Of a stretch of 64,000 nucleotides of DNA, positions 34,724-43,817 are shown piece after piece. Position 1 is the stretch's first letter. Every line of letters begins with the position of its first letter. The notes below the pieces were generated by a model, which saw only the letters and a list, made by a program, of their open reading frames with translations, did no database searches and was not told where the DNA came from. The position numbers and the translations under genes were made by a program. Source of the DNA: Angustibacter luteus (GTDB lineage: Bacteria; Actinomycetota; Actinomycetes; Actinomycetales; Angustibacteraceae); the NCBI RefSeq assembly GCF_039541115.1, contig NZ_BAABFP010000002.1:1054001-1118000 (forward strand). The letters run 5' to 3'.

Positions 34724-35659
34724 GTGACCAGCGAGCGAGTGAGTGAGATCTTCGACCCGGCGGCGTGGCGGGTCGTCGACGGCTTCGACTTCACCGACAT
34801 CACGTACCACCGCGCCGTCGAGCAGGGCCGGGACGTCGGCACCGTCCGGATCGCGTTCGACCGGCCACAGGTGCGCAACGCCTTCCGCCCGCACACGGTC
34901 GACGAGCTGTACCGGGCGCTGGACCACGCGCGGATGACGCCGGACGTCGGGTGCGTCCTGCTCACCGGGAACGGCCCGAGCGAGAAGGACGGCGGCTGGG
35001 CCTTCTGCAGCGGCGGCGACCAGCGCATCCGCGGGCGCAGCGGCTACCAGTACGCGGATGGCGAGACCGCCGACACGGTGGATGCGGCGCGGGTGAAGGC
35101 GGCCGGGGGGCGGCTGCACATCCTGGAGGTGCAGCGGCTGATCCGCACCATGCCGAAGGTCGTGATCGCCGTGGTGAACGGGTGGGCGGCCGGTGGTGGT
35201 CACAGCCTGCACGTGATCTGCGACCTGACGATCGCCAGCCGCGAGCACGCCCGGTTCAAGCAGACCGATGCGGACGTCGGATCGTTCGACGGCGGGTACG
35301 GCAGTGCCTACCTGGCCAAGATGGTCGGCCAGAAGAACGCACGGGAGATCTTCTTCCTCGGCCGGACGTACGACGCCGAGACCATGCAGCGGATGGGTGC
35401 CGTCAACGAGGTGGCCGACCACGCCGAGCTGGAAACCGTTGCGCTGCAGTGGGCGCGGGAGATCAACGGCAAGTCGCCAACGGCGCAGCGGATGCTGAAG
35501 TTCGCCTTCAACCTGACCGACGACGGCCTGGTAGGCCAGCAGGTGTTCGCCGGCGAGGCGACCCGGCTGGCGTACATGACGGACGAGGCCGTCGAGGGAC
35601 GGGACGCGTTCCTGGAGAAGCGTGACCCCGACTGGTCCCCCTTCCCCTGGTACTTCTGA
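34724..35659 (+). CDS. menB: 1,4-Dihydroxy-2-naphthoyl-CoA synthase
   Basis: RNAFRP, FCSGGDQRIRG, VGSFDGGYG, GQKNAREIFF. Confidence 0.97.
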   Translation: MTSERVSEIFDPAAWRVVDGFDFTDITYHRAVEQGRDVGTVRIAFDRPQVRNAFRPHTVDELYRALDHARMTPDVGCVLLTGNGPSEKDGGWAFCSGGDQRIRGRSGYQYADGETADTVDAARVKAAGGRLHILEVQRLIRTMPKVVIAVVNGWAAGGGHSLHVICDLTIASREHARFKQTDADVGSFDGGYGSAYLAKMVGQKNAREIFFLGRTYDAETMQRMGAVNEVADHAELETVALQWAREINGKSPTAQRMLKFAFNLTDDGLVGQQVFAGEATRLAYMTDEAVEGRDAFLEKRDPDWSPFPWYF

Positions 35660-35725
35660 CCCGTAGCCTGCGGGCGTGAAGGGCCCGGGGCGACCGGCAC
35701 CCGTTCGACGACACGAGGAGCAGCC

Positions 35726-36127
35726 ATGACCACCCCGTCTCCGACCGTGTGGCCGAGCCTGCGGTACAGCGACGCGCCGTCCGCGATCCGGTTCATCGTG
35801 GACGTCCTCGGTTTCGACGAGACCCTCGTCGTGCCCAGTGACACCGGCGGTGTCGCGCACTGCCAGCTCAGCTGGCCGGCCGGCGGCGGGGTCATGCTGG
35901 GTAGCGGCGAGGGCACGCACGCGAAGGTCCCCGCGGACGCCGGCGGCCTGTACGTCGTGACGGAGACCGCGGCGGACGTGGACCGGATCCACCTCGCCGC
36001 GGTGGCTGCCGGGGCGACGAGCGTGCGCGAGCCCGAGGACCAGGACTACGGCGGCCGCGTGAGCACGTTCGTCGACCCCTGGGGCGTGCACTGGAGCTTT
36101 GGCGACTACCGCGGCGAGCCCCGCTGA
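35726..36127 (+). CDS. VOC/glyoxalase family protein
   Basis: WPSLRY, LGF, DQDYGGR, DPWGVHWSFG; SD GAGGAG. Confidence 0.85.
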   Translation: MTTPSPTVWPSLRYSDAPSAIRFIVDVLGFDETLVVPSDTGGVAHCQLSWPAGGGVMLGSGEGTHAKVPADAGGLYVVTETAADVDRIHLAAVAAGATSVREPEDQDYGGRVSTFVDPWGVHWSFGDYRGEPR

Positions 36128-36141
36128 GGGACCCTGGTCGG

Positions 36142-36531
36142 ATGGATGCCGAGCCGAACGCCGTCCCCGTCACGCACGTCCCCGCCGAGTCCTTCCGGGA
36201 CGGCGAGCCCACGCCGGGCATGACCCGGCACGTCGGGCTCGACGTCGCGGGCATGTGGAGCGGCACGGTCGACACCGAGGCGGGTGCGGTCTCGGGTTGG
36301 CACCACCACGGCTCGCACGAGACGACGATCTACGTCGTGCGCGGCCGGATGCGACTGGACTCCGGGCCGGACGGCGCCACCGCCGTCGAGGCGCACGCGG
36401 GCGACTTCATCCACGTGCCGGCGTTCGCCGTCCACCGCGAGTCAAACCCCGGTGACGAGGCCAGCAAGGCTGTCGTCGTCCGGTGCGGCGACGGGCCGCC
36501 GACGTTCAACGTCGACGGCCCCGCCACGTGA
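36142..36531 (+). CDS. Cupin domain protein
   Basis: WHHHGSHETTIYV and GDFIHVPAFAVHRE cupin motifs. Confidence 0.85.
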   Translation: MDAEPNAVPVTHVPAESFRDGEPTPGMTRHVGLDVAGMWSGTVDTEAGAVSGWHHHGSHETTIYVVRGRMRLDSGPDGATAVEAHAGDFIHVPAFAVHRESNPGDEASKAVVVRCGDGPPTFNVDGPAT

Positions 36532-36538
36532 TGCCAGC

Positions 36539-37159
36539 TCAGGCGGCGCCGACCGAGCGCCAGTAGTCGTTGAGCGCGCCGTTCGTCTTGATGAACCACA
36601 CCAGCGGTCCGATGATGATCAGCATGCCGGGGAAGTACCAGAGTCCGGTGAGCCCCGAGACCGGCGGCCGCTCGCCGCGCCGCTCGTACAGGTTCCCGAC
36701 CTCGGACGAGTTGATGTAGGGCATGACGAACCCGACGAAGATCGCCAGGATCAGCGCGATGCCGCCGTCGATCCCCTGGCCGGAGTGCCGCTTCATCTCG
36801 CTGTGGGTCGCGTAGAACCAGTACAGCGAGTAGAAGCCGAGGGTCACGATGCACAGCAGGATGCACACGCCGGTGCCGCGGACCTGACCGATCGGCGCCG
36901 GGCCGCCGTAGGGCGCCGGGTAGCCGACCGGCGCGGCCGGGGCGGGCGCGTACGACGGTGCGGCCGGCGCCAGGCCGTAGGTGGCCTCTGGTGCGGGCGG
37001 CGCGGGAGGGGCCTCCGGCGCGGGCGGCGCCTCCGGCGCAGGAGGGGCCTCCGGCGCGGGCGGCGCGACGGCCTCGACCGGGGCCGGCTCGATGGGCTCG
37101 ACCGGGGTGGGCTCGGCGGACTCGTCCGGGGACGGCGGCGTGGGGGGTGTCTCGCTCAA
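36539..37159 (-). CDS. DUF4234-like membrane protein with Pro-rich N-terminus
   Basis: LCIVTLGFYSLYWFY...LNDYW; TTG start with GAAGGA SD. Confidence 0.75.
   Translation of the reverse strand: MSETPPTPPSPDESAEPTPVEPIEPAPVEAVAPPAPEAPPAPEAPPAPEAPPAPPAPEATYGLAPAAPSYAPAPAAPVGYPAPYGGPAPIGQVRGTGVCILLCIVTLGFYSLYWFYATHSEMKRHSGQGIDGGIALILAIFVGFVMPYINSSEVGNLYERRGERPPVSGLTGLWYFPGMLIIIGPLVWFIKTNGALNDYWRSVGAA
36985..37065 (-). repeat. Intragenic 18-nt tandem repeat encoding PPAPEA
   Basis: PPAPEA repeated about four times in the translation. Confidence 0.75.
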
Positions 37160-37335
37160 GGTGTGTCCTTCGAAGGGTCAGCGACGGGCGGAGTGACAGA
37201 GAGCCTAGAGCGCTCGTGGTCCGCGCGGTCGGCAAACACGACCTTTGGGATGCGTCGACCATGCTGCCTCGGCAAGCGCGCCGGGCCCTCGCGGCCGGAG
37301 AGCAGCGACGATGTCCCCGACGTAGCGTCTCGACC

Positions 37336-37727
37336 ATGGACCTGCCAGAAGCCCTGACCGATCTGCTCCGCGCTCGCAGCACGTGCTTCGTCGCGACCAC
37401 CATGCCGGACGGCTCCCCTCAGCTCACCCAGACCTGGGTGGACACCGACGGCCAGCACATCATCTCAACACCGTGCAGGGCTACCAGAAGGTCCGCAACG
37501 TCGAACGCGACGCCCGGGTCGCCGTGACCGTGTCGTCGCCGGACAACCCCTCCCGCTACTTCGCCGTCCGCGGTCGGGTCACGGACGCGACCACGGACGG
37601 CGGGGCCGAGCACATCGAGAAGCTGGCCCAGCGCTACCTGGGCGGGCCCTATCCCTGGTACGGCGGGCGGGACCAGACACGCCTCATCCTGACGATCACG
37701 GCCGACCGGATCCACGCCGTCGGGTAG
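37336..37727 (+). pseudogene. PPOX-class F420-dependent oxidoreductase with a 1-nt frameshift (or sequencing error)
   Basis: MDLPEAL...ATTMPDGSPQLTQTWVD in one frame and LNTVQGYQKVRNVERDARV in another; frames switch near 37464. Confidence 0.8.
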
Positions 37728-37764
37728 CCGTCGAGCTCCGCTGCGTCCGCCCTAGGCTGGCGAG

Positions 37765-38946
37765 GTGCCTCGCCTGCTCACCGCCGTCGACCTCGCGGCC
37801 CGCCCGCTGGACGACGCGCTCGACCAGCTGCGCGCCGCCCTGGACGGTACCGGGGACGCGCTGCTGCCGACCTCCTCGGACGCCGCCGGGGCCGGCGCCC
37901 GCGACGCGCTCGCCGCCGGTACGGAGCTCGACTCGAGCGAGGACGACCCGGACGACCCCACCGCGCTGGTCGTCGCGACGTCCGGCTCGACCGGCGAGCC
38001 CAAGGGTGCCCTGCTGCCGGCGTCGGCGCTGCGCGCCTCGGCGAAGGCCACCGAGGAGCGGCTCGGCGGCCCCGGGCACTGGCTCGCCGCCCTGGCGCCG
38101 CACCACGTCGCGGGCGTGCAGGTGCTGCTCCGGTCGCTGCTCGCCGGCACCCGGCCCGTCCGGCTGGACCTGCGCGACGGCTTCGACCTGGCTCAGTTCG
38201 CCACTGCCGCAACGGATCTCACGGAGCGGCCCGGCCGCACCTACACCGCGCTCGTGCCCACCCAGCTGGTCCGGGTGCTCTCGGACGGCGGGGAGGCACT
38301 GGGCGCCCTGGCCCGCTTCGACACCGTCCTGCTCGGTGGCGCGGCCGCACCGCCCGCACTGCTCGCTCGGGCCCGCGAGGCCGGCGTGCGTGTCGTGACG
38401 ACGTACGGGATGAGTGAGACCTGCGGCGGCTGCGTGTACGACGGGAGACCGCTGACCGGCGTCCGCGTCGAGGTCGGTGACCGGATCAGGCTGGGCGGCG
38501 CGGTGGTGGCGCGCGGCTACCGGCTGCGGCCGCAGGCCGCGCAGTTCTCGGCGGCCGACGGCACCCGCTGGTTCACGACGGACGACGTCGGCGAGCTGCG
38601 CGATGGCGTGCTGACGGTGCACGGCCGGGCGGACGACGTCATCGTGACCGGTGGCGCCAAGGTGTCCCCGCAGGCCGTCGAGGTCGTGCTCGCCGAGCAG
38701 CCCGGCATCCGGGAGTGCCTCGTGGTCGCCGTCCCGGACGACGAGTGGGGCCAGCGCGTGGTCGCCCTCGTCGTCGCCAACCCGCTACCGGACCTGGACG
38801 CGTTGCGCCGCAGCGTGTCCGACCGGCTCGGCGCGCCCTCGGCACCTCGCGAGGTGCTGCCGGTGACCGCCCTTCCCACGACAGCCTTGGGCAAACCGGA
38901 CCGGCGGGCGGCAGCCGAGCTGGCCCGTGTCCGGCTTGCCCGTTGA
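37765..38946 (+). CDS. menE: o-Succinylbenzoate-CoA ligase
   Basis: TSGSTGEPKG, TYGMSET, GRADDVIVTGG, GKPDR. Confidence 0.92.
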   Translation: MPRLLTAVDLAARPLDDALDQLRAALDGTGDALLPTSSDAAGAGARDALAAGTELDSSEDDPDDPTALVVATSGSTGEPKGALLPASALRASAKATEERLGGPGHWLAALAPHHVAGVQVLLRSLLAGTRPVRLDLRDGFDLAQFATAATDLTERPGRTYTALVPTQLVRVLSDGGEALGALARFDTVLLGGAAAPPALLARAREAGVRVVTTYGMSETCGGCVYDGRPLTGVRVEVGDRIRLGGAVVARGYRLRPQAAQFSAADGTRWFTTDDVGELRDGVLTVHGRADDVIVTGGAKVSPQAVEVVLAEQPGIRECLVVAVPDDEWGQRVVALVVANPLPDLDALRRSVSDRLGAPSAPREVLPVTALPTTALGKPDRRAAAELARVRLAR

Positions 38947-39014
38947 CCCGGCGAACCAGCGGGTGGAACGTCGGGTCGAGCTGTCGATCAAGGCAGTCGA
39001 TCGAGGAGGTCACC

Positions 39015-39329
39015 ATGGCCGGTTTCATCCAGATCATCGAGTTCCGCACCTCCCGCTGGGACGAGCTGCAGGCACTCGCGCAGGAGTTCGAGGACAGCCG
39101 CAACGAGGCGTCCGCGTCCGGCTCCAGCCCGACGAAGATCCACGTCGTCGGCGACCGCGACGATCCGGGGCGCTTCCTGAACATCGTCGAGTTCGAGTCC
39201 TACGAGGCGGCGATGGAGAACTCGGACCGCCCCGAGACCGGCGAGTTCGCCGCCCGCATGCAGGCCCTGTGCGACGGTCCGCCGACGTTCCACAACCTCG
39301 ACGTGAAGTACGAGGCGCAGATCGGCTGA
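39015..39329 (+). CDS. Conserved hypothetical protein (dimeric alpha-beta barrel-like)
   Basis: Strong SD GAGGAGG, GC3-biased codons, IVEFESYEAAMENS. Confidence 0.75.
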   Translation: MAGFIQIIEFRTSRWDELQALAQEFEDSRNEASASGSSPTKIHVVGDRDDPGRFLNIVEFESYEAAMENSDRPETGEFAARMQALCDGPPTFHNLDVKYEAQIG

Positions 39330-39391
39330 TCGGGCGGGCGCTGCCAGGCCCCGTGCACGCGCCTCCGCAGCGACAGGGGAGGATCCCTGTC

Positions 39392-40264
39392 GTGGCAACC
39401 CGAGCACAGTGGATCGAAGGCGCCCGTCCGCGCACCCTGCCGGCGGCGGTCGCGCCCGTCGTGGCGGGCACCGGTGCGGCGGCAGACCTGGGCGAGGCGA
39501 GCGTCGGGCCGGCCCTGCTGGCCCTCGTCGTCGCGCTCGCACTGCAGGTCGCGGTGAACTACGCCAACGACTACTCGGACGGCGTGCGGGGCACGGACGA
39601 CGTCCGGGTAGGTCCGTTGCGGCTGACCGGCTCCGGCGTGGCAGCACCGGGCGCGGTCAAGCGGGCGGCGTTCCTCGCGTTCGCCGTCGCCGGGCTGGCC
39701 GGACTGGCCCTGGTCGTGGTCTCGCAGGCGTGGTGGCTGCTGCCGGTCGGGGTCGCGGCGGTCCTGGCCGCGTGGTTCTACACCGGCGGCTCGCACCCGT
39801 ACGGCTACAGCGGCCTGGGCGAGGTCTTCGTGTTCGTGTTCTTCGGCCTGGTCGCGGTGCTGGGGACGACGTACACCCAGGCCGGCACGCTCGGCTGGGT
39901 CGCCTGGGCCGTCGCGGTGGCGATCGGCTGCCTGGCCTGCGCCTTGCTGGTGGCGAACAACCTGCGCGACATCCCGACCGACCGCGAGGTGGGCAAGCGG
40001 ACGCTGGCCGTGCGCCTGGGAGACCGCGGCACCCGGGGCCTCTACCTGGCCCTCGTGTCGCTGCCCTACGTCCTGGTCCTCGTGCTGGCCACGCACCAGC
40101 CGTGGGTGCTGGTCACGTTGGCCTCAGCCGTGCTGCTGCGGCCGGCCGTCCTCGCCGTCGTGCGCGGCGGCACCGGGCGCGAGCTCATCCCCGCGCTGCG
40201 GGACACGGGGCGCGCCGAGCTCGCCTTCGGCGTCCTGGTCGCGCTCGCCCTCGGGCTGGGCTGA
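39392..40264 (+). CDS. menA: DHNA polyprenyltransferase
   Basis: GARPRTL, NYANDYSDGVRGTD, NNLRDIPTD, GKRTLAV. Confidence 0.95.
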   Translation: MATRAQWIEGARPRTLPAAVAPVVAGTGAAADLGEASVGPALLALVVALALQVAVNYANDYSDGVRGTDDVRVGPLRLTGSGVAAPGAVKRAAFLAFAVAGLAGLALVVVSQAWWLLPVGVAAVLAAWFYTGGSHPYGYSGLGEVFVFVFFGLVAVLGTTYTQAGTLGWVAWAVAVAIGCLACALLVANNLRDIPTDREVGKRTLAVRLGDRGTRGLYLALVSLPYVLVLVLATHQPWVLVTLASAVLLRPAVLAVVRGGTGRELIPALRDTGRAELAFGVLVALALGLG

Positions 40265-40534
40265 GAGCGCCTCAACCTCCGCGTCCTCGGCCTCGGCGTC
40301 GTCGTCCCCCTGCGCCTCAGCCGTGCGAGCCGCCACCCGGTCGGCGAGGGTCTGGGTCATCGCCGTGCGCGGGCCCTTCAGCACGACGTACGACAGCGGC
40401 ACCGACACGACCAGGGTCAGGATGATCAGCAGCGGCGGGTTGTGCACGTCGACGGCCGCGAGCAGCAGCCAGAGCACGAGCAGCACGGCGAACAGCAGCA
40501 TGAACCGGAGCAAGGTGTAGCGCAGGACCGTCAC
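40124..40534 (-). CDS. DUF4229 family membrane protein
   Basis: LRYTLLR plus two TM segments and an acidic tail; usual menA neighbour; 3' end overlaps menA. Confidence 0.75.
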   Translation of the reverse strand: MTVLRYTLLRFMLLFAVLLVLWLLLAAVDVHNPPLLIILTLVVSVPLSYVVLKGPRTAMTQTLADRVAARTAEAQGDDDAEAEDAEVEALSAQPEGERDQDAEGELGAPRVPQRGDELAPGAAAHDGEDGRPQQHG

Positions 40535-41025
40535 GACTCAGAGCCTACGGAAGCCGATTCGTCGTCATCTGGCGGCTCCACGACGGCGGGCAGCGATCGC
40601 CCCTCCCAGTTCGTCGCGAGGACGACGGTCGTGCGGGTCCGGGAGACCCCGCGCACCCGGCGGAGCTTGGAGATCACGCTCTCCAGCCCGGCGACGTCCG
40701 CGGCGCGCACCTTGACGACGTAGTTCTCGTCGCCCGCGACGTACCAGCAGTCCTCGACCTCGAGGATGTCGCGCAGCTGGTCGACGATGTCGTCGCCGTC
40801 CGCGTCATCGCTCTGGTACAGGTCGACCAGGGCGCTGACGGACAGGCCGAACGCCTCGGCCGACACCACCGCCTGGTACCCGCTGATCACGCCCTGCTCC
40901 TCGAGGCGGCGTACCCGCTCCTGCACGCTGGGGCCGGACATCCCGACGAGCCGGCCCAGCTCGGCCCAGCTCGCCCGCGCGTTCTCCCGCAAGGCGCCGA
41001 CCAACCGGCGATCCGTGGCGTCCAC
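40531..41025 (-). CDS. Lrp/AsnC family transcriptional regulator
   Basis: DATDRRLVGALRENARASWAELG...RVRRLEEQGVISGY, TRTTVVL. Confidence 0.92.
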   Translation of the reverse strand: MDATDRRLVGALRENARASWAELGRLVGMSGPSVQERVRRLEEQGVISGYQAVVSAEAFGLSVSALVDLYQSDDADGDDIVDQLRDILEVEDCWYVAGDENYVVKVRAADVAGLESVISKLRRVRGVSRTRTTVVLATNWEGRSLPAVVEPPDDDESASVGSES

Positions 41026-41185
41026 AGCCACCCCTTTCGAAGCCCAGGCACACATTCGTTGGTCCAGTGTGCCACTTCACCTTGGATTTGTTGAGTGGTC
41101 CGTCAAACCTCTGTTACGATCTTATATCGATGGCCCATCACGCCATCGTTTCCCAGGGCAGAAGCCCCTTTCTGAGAAGGACATC

Positions 41186-41305
41186 ATGGTTACCCCGGAG
41201 TACGCCCGCGCCTACATCGACGAGCTGTCCCAGCTGGGCCAGCCCAAGGCCGCCGGCCCACAGCGTCTCAGCCTCGCCCGGCTCCTGCGCCGGTTCTCTC
41301 GCTGA
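41186..41305 (+). CDS. Small hypothetical protein (39 aa)
   Basis: AGAAGGA SD, ATG, GC3-biased codons: MVTPEYARAYIDELSQLGQPKAAGPQRLSLARLLRRFSR. Confidence 0.6.
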   Translation: MVTPEYARAYIDELSQLGQPKAAGPQRLSLARLLRRFSR

Positions 41306-41352
41306 ACGCAGAATCGGTCAGGTCTGACCACCTGCACGCCGATGGGGACCAT

Positions 41353-43242
41353 GTGAGTCCGGAATCCGAGCAGTCCAGGGCGGACGGCTCGGCTCGAGGC
41401 TCGAACGAGCTGCTCGAGCCGGTCGTCCCGATCCTGCTGTCCGCCGTCGCCGTCGTCGCATGCCTGACGGTGGACGCCGGGCCGCCGGCCCTGGCGCTCT
41501 CGATCGCGCCCGCCCTGCTCGGCGTCGCCGGACTCCTGGGCTGGCGAGGGACGACCGCGCTGCTCGTGCGCGCGACCTCGCTGGCCACCATCGCGTTCGT
41601 GCTCCCGGTGGTCGACGTGGCCCTCGTGCCGCACGTGCTGCAGTGGTGGTACGCCATCGCGGCCGTCTACCCGCTGCTGCTCGTGCGGTACGGCTCGACC
41701 CTCGCCGTCGCCCTCGGCCTCGCGCTGTACGTCCAGTACCCGCTCGGGACGGCGTCACCGACCGCCACCACGGCGAGCTGGGTGCTGCGTGCGGTGCTGG
41801 TCGGCGGCATCGGCCTCATCGTGGCCCGGGCCGGCGCGGCCTACCGCGACGCCCGCGACTCCGCGCGCCGCCGGCAGCTGGCCGCTGAGGCCGCCGAGCG
41901 CGAGCTGCACCACGCGACGACCCACGACGCCCTCACCGGCATGCCCAACCGGACGTCGCTGGACCTGTTCATCGACATCGCCCTGCACGCCCGGTCAGGC
42001 GAGCCGGACGACCAGGTGGCCCTGCTGGTCCTCGACCTGGACCGCTTCAAGAACGTCAACGAGACGCTCGGCCACCTGGCTGGGGACCGGTTGCTGCGCG
42101 AGGCCGCCGAGCGGCTGCTCGGCTCGCTGGGTCCGGACCAGCGCGCCGCCCGCCTCGGCGGCGACGAGTTCGCCGTCGTCTGCGCCGCGACCAGCGCCGC
42201 CGACGCCCAGCTGGCCGGCGAGCGCCTCGTCGAGCTCTTCGACGAACCCGTCGAGGTCGGCGGGGCGCCGTACCGGATCGGCCTGTCCGTCGGGGTCGCC
42301 CTGTCCGGCCACGGCATCGAGGAGCGCAGCGACCTGCTGCGCTCCGCCGACGCCGCCATGTACGCCGCCAAGCGCAGCGGGCGAGGACGCGCCGTCTCCT
42401 TCGACGCCGCCATGAGCGAGGACGTCGCCGCCAACCTCGCGGTCGAGCAGCAGCTGCGCGAGGCGATCTCGCTCGGCGCCGCGACCGGCCCGACGATGAG
42501 CGCGGACGCCATCACCGCGGTCTTCCAGCCCGTGGTCGACCTGGACAGCGGCCTCGCCGTGTCCGCCGAGGCCCTCGCCCGCTGGGAGCTGGACGGCCAG
42601 GCCATCTCGCCGCTGCGCTTCGTGCCGCTGGCCGAAGAGCTCGGCCTGGGACGCGAGCTGGCCGTCGTGGTGGCGCGCCAGGCCATGCACGCGCTCGCCG
42701 GCTGGCGCACCCAGGGCATGCACGACATCGGCAGCGTCGCGATCAACATCAGCGCCACGGACCTGCTCTCCCCCGGCCTGGCCGACGAGCTGGCTGAGCT
42801 GGTGCGCGACTGCGGTCTTCCGCCGGGCTCACTGACGCTCGAGATCACCGAGCGGGACGTCGTGGACGACGTCGAGCGCACCCGCGCGACGCTGCAGGAG
42901 CTGCGCACCCGCGGCATCACGGTCGCCGTCGACGACTTCGGCACCGGTTTCTCGTCCCTGGCCTACCTCGCCCGGCTGCCCCTGCAGGTCCTCAAGATCG
43001 ACCGCGAGTTCGTCGCGACCCTGCACGCCGACGACACCATCGCCCGCACCGTCGTCGGGCTGGCCAAGTCGTTCGGCATGGACTGCATCGCCGAGGGCAT
43101 CGAGACCCCCGAGCAGCTCGGCGCCCTGTTCGCGCTCGGTGTGAACGCCGGTCAGGGCTGGCACCTCGGCCGCCCGGTCAGCGCCCAGGGGTTCCCCGCC
43201 GCGGTTGCCGCGCAGGCTCAGCCCGCCAGCTCCAGCACGTAG
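41353..43242 (+). CDS. Membrane-anchored GGDEF-EAL protein
   Basis: N-terminal TM segments; HDALTG, DLDRFK, GGDEF; EAL, EITE, DDFGTGFSSL, KIDR, EGIE. Confidence 0.92.
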   Translation: MSPESEQSRADGSARGSNELLEPVVPILLSAVAVVACLTVDAGPPALALSIAPALLGVAGLLGWRGTTALLVRATSLATIAFVLPVVDVALVPHVLQWWYAIAAVYPLLLVRYGSTLAVALGLALYVQYPLGTASPTATTASWVLRAVLVGGIGLIVARAGAAYRDARDSARRRQLAAEAAERELHHATTHDALTGMPNRTSLDLFIDIALHARSGEPDDQVALLVLDLDRFKNVNETLGHLAGDRLLREAAERLLGSLGPDQRAARLGGDEFAVVCAATSAADAQLAGERLVELFDEPVEVGGAPYRIGLSVGVALSGHGIEERSDLLRSADAAMYAAKRSGRGRAVSFDAAMSEDVAANLAVEQQLREAISLGAATGPTMSADAITAVFQPVVDLDSGLAVSAEALARWELDGQAISPLRFVPLAEELGLGRELAVVVARQAMHALAGWRTQGMHDIGSVAINISATDLLSPGLADELAELVRDCGLPPGSLTLEITERDVVDDVERTRATLQELRTRGITVAVDDFGTGFSSLAYLARLPLQVLKIDREFVATLHADDTIARTVVGLAKSFGMDCIAEGIETPEQLGALFALGVNAGQGWHLGRPVSAQGFPAAVAAQAQPASSST

Positions 43243-43721
43243 ACGACCAGCGAGACGCCCGGCAACGGCTCCCAGTCACGCTCGGGGCGACGGACGAAGC
43301 CCATCGACGCGTAGAGGCCGAGCGCCGCGCCCATGATCGGTCTGGTGGACAGCACGAGCCGACTGGCGGCCTCGTCCCGGGCCAGTCGCACGCACGTCTC
43401 GGTGAGCAGGCGGCCGACCCCGCGACCGCGGGCACTGGGATCGACCGCCAGCATCCGGAACTCCGCCTCGCCGTCGCGGGCGATGTCCGCGTACGGCGAT
43501 CCTGCCCGCACGAACGCGACCGTGCCCAGCAGCGTTCCCGCGGTGTCGTCGTCCACCGCGACCAGGAGGTCGCTGTGCACGGCCCGATCCGCCGCCTTGC
43601 GCAGCGTGTCCGCGTAGTCCGAGCCCGGCGGCACCAGGCCGTCGGCGAGGTAGGCGCTCGCGGTCAGCTCGCCGATCGCCTCGTACTCCTGCGGGCCAGC
43701 AGCCCGGACCACCACGCTCAT
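43218..43721 (-). CDS. GNAT family N-acetyltransferase
   Basis: RMLAVDPSARGRGVGR, LYASMGF. Confidence 0.9.
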   Translation of the reverse strand: MSVVVRAAGPQEYEAIGELTASAYLADGLVPPGSDYADTLRKAADRAVHSDLLVAVDDDTAGTLLGTVAFVRAGSPYADIARDGEAEFRMLAVDPSARGRGVGRLLTETCVRLARDEAASRLVLSTRPIMGAALGLYASMGFVRRPERDWEPLPGVSLVVYVLELAG

Positions 43722-43817
43722 GCGGTCAGTCTGCCAGCGGCGCATCAGAGCACTGCGCCCCGCCGATCAGGAGGCGATGGAGTCGTGTCGCGGCATCGGA
43801 CACATCCGGAGCACGGG

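Noticed and set aside
37450..37480. Programmed ribosomal frameshift
   Set aside because: No slippery heptamer or evident stimulatory structure
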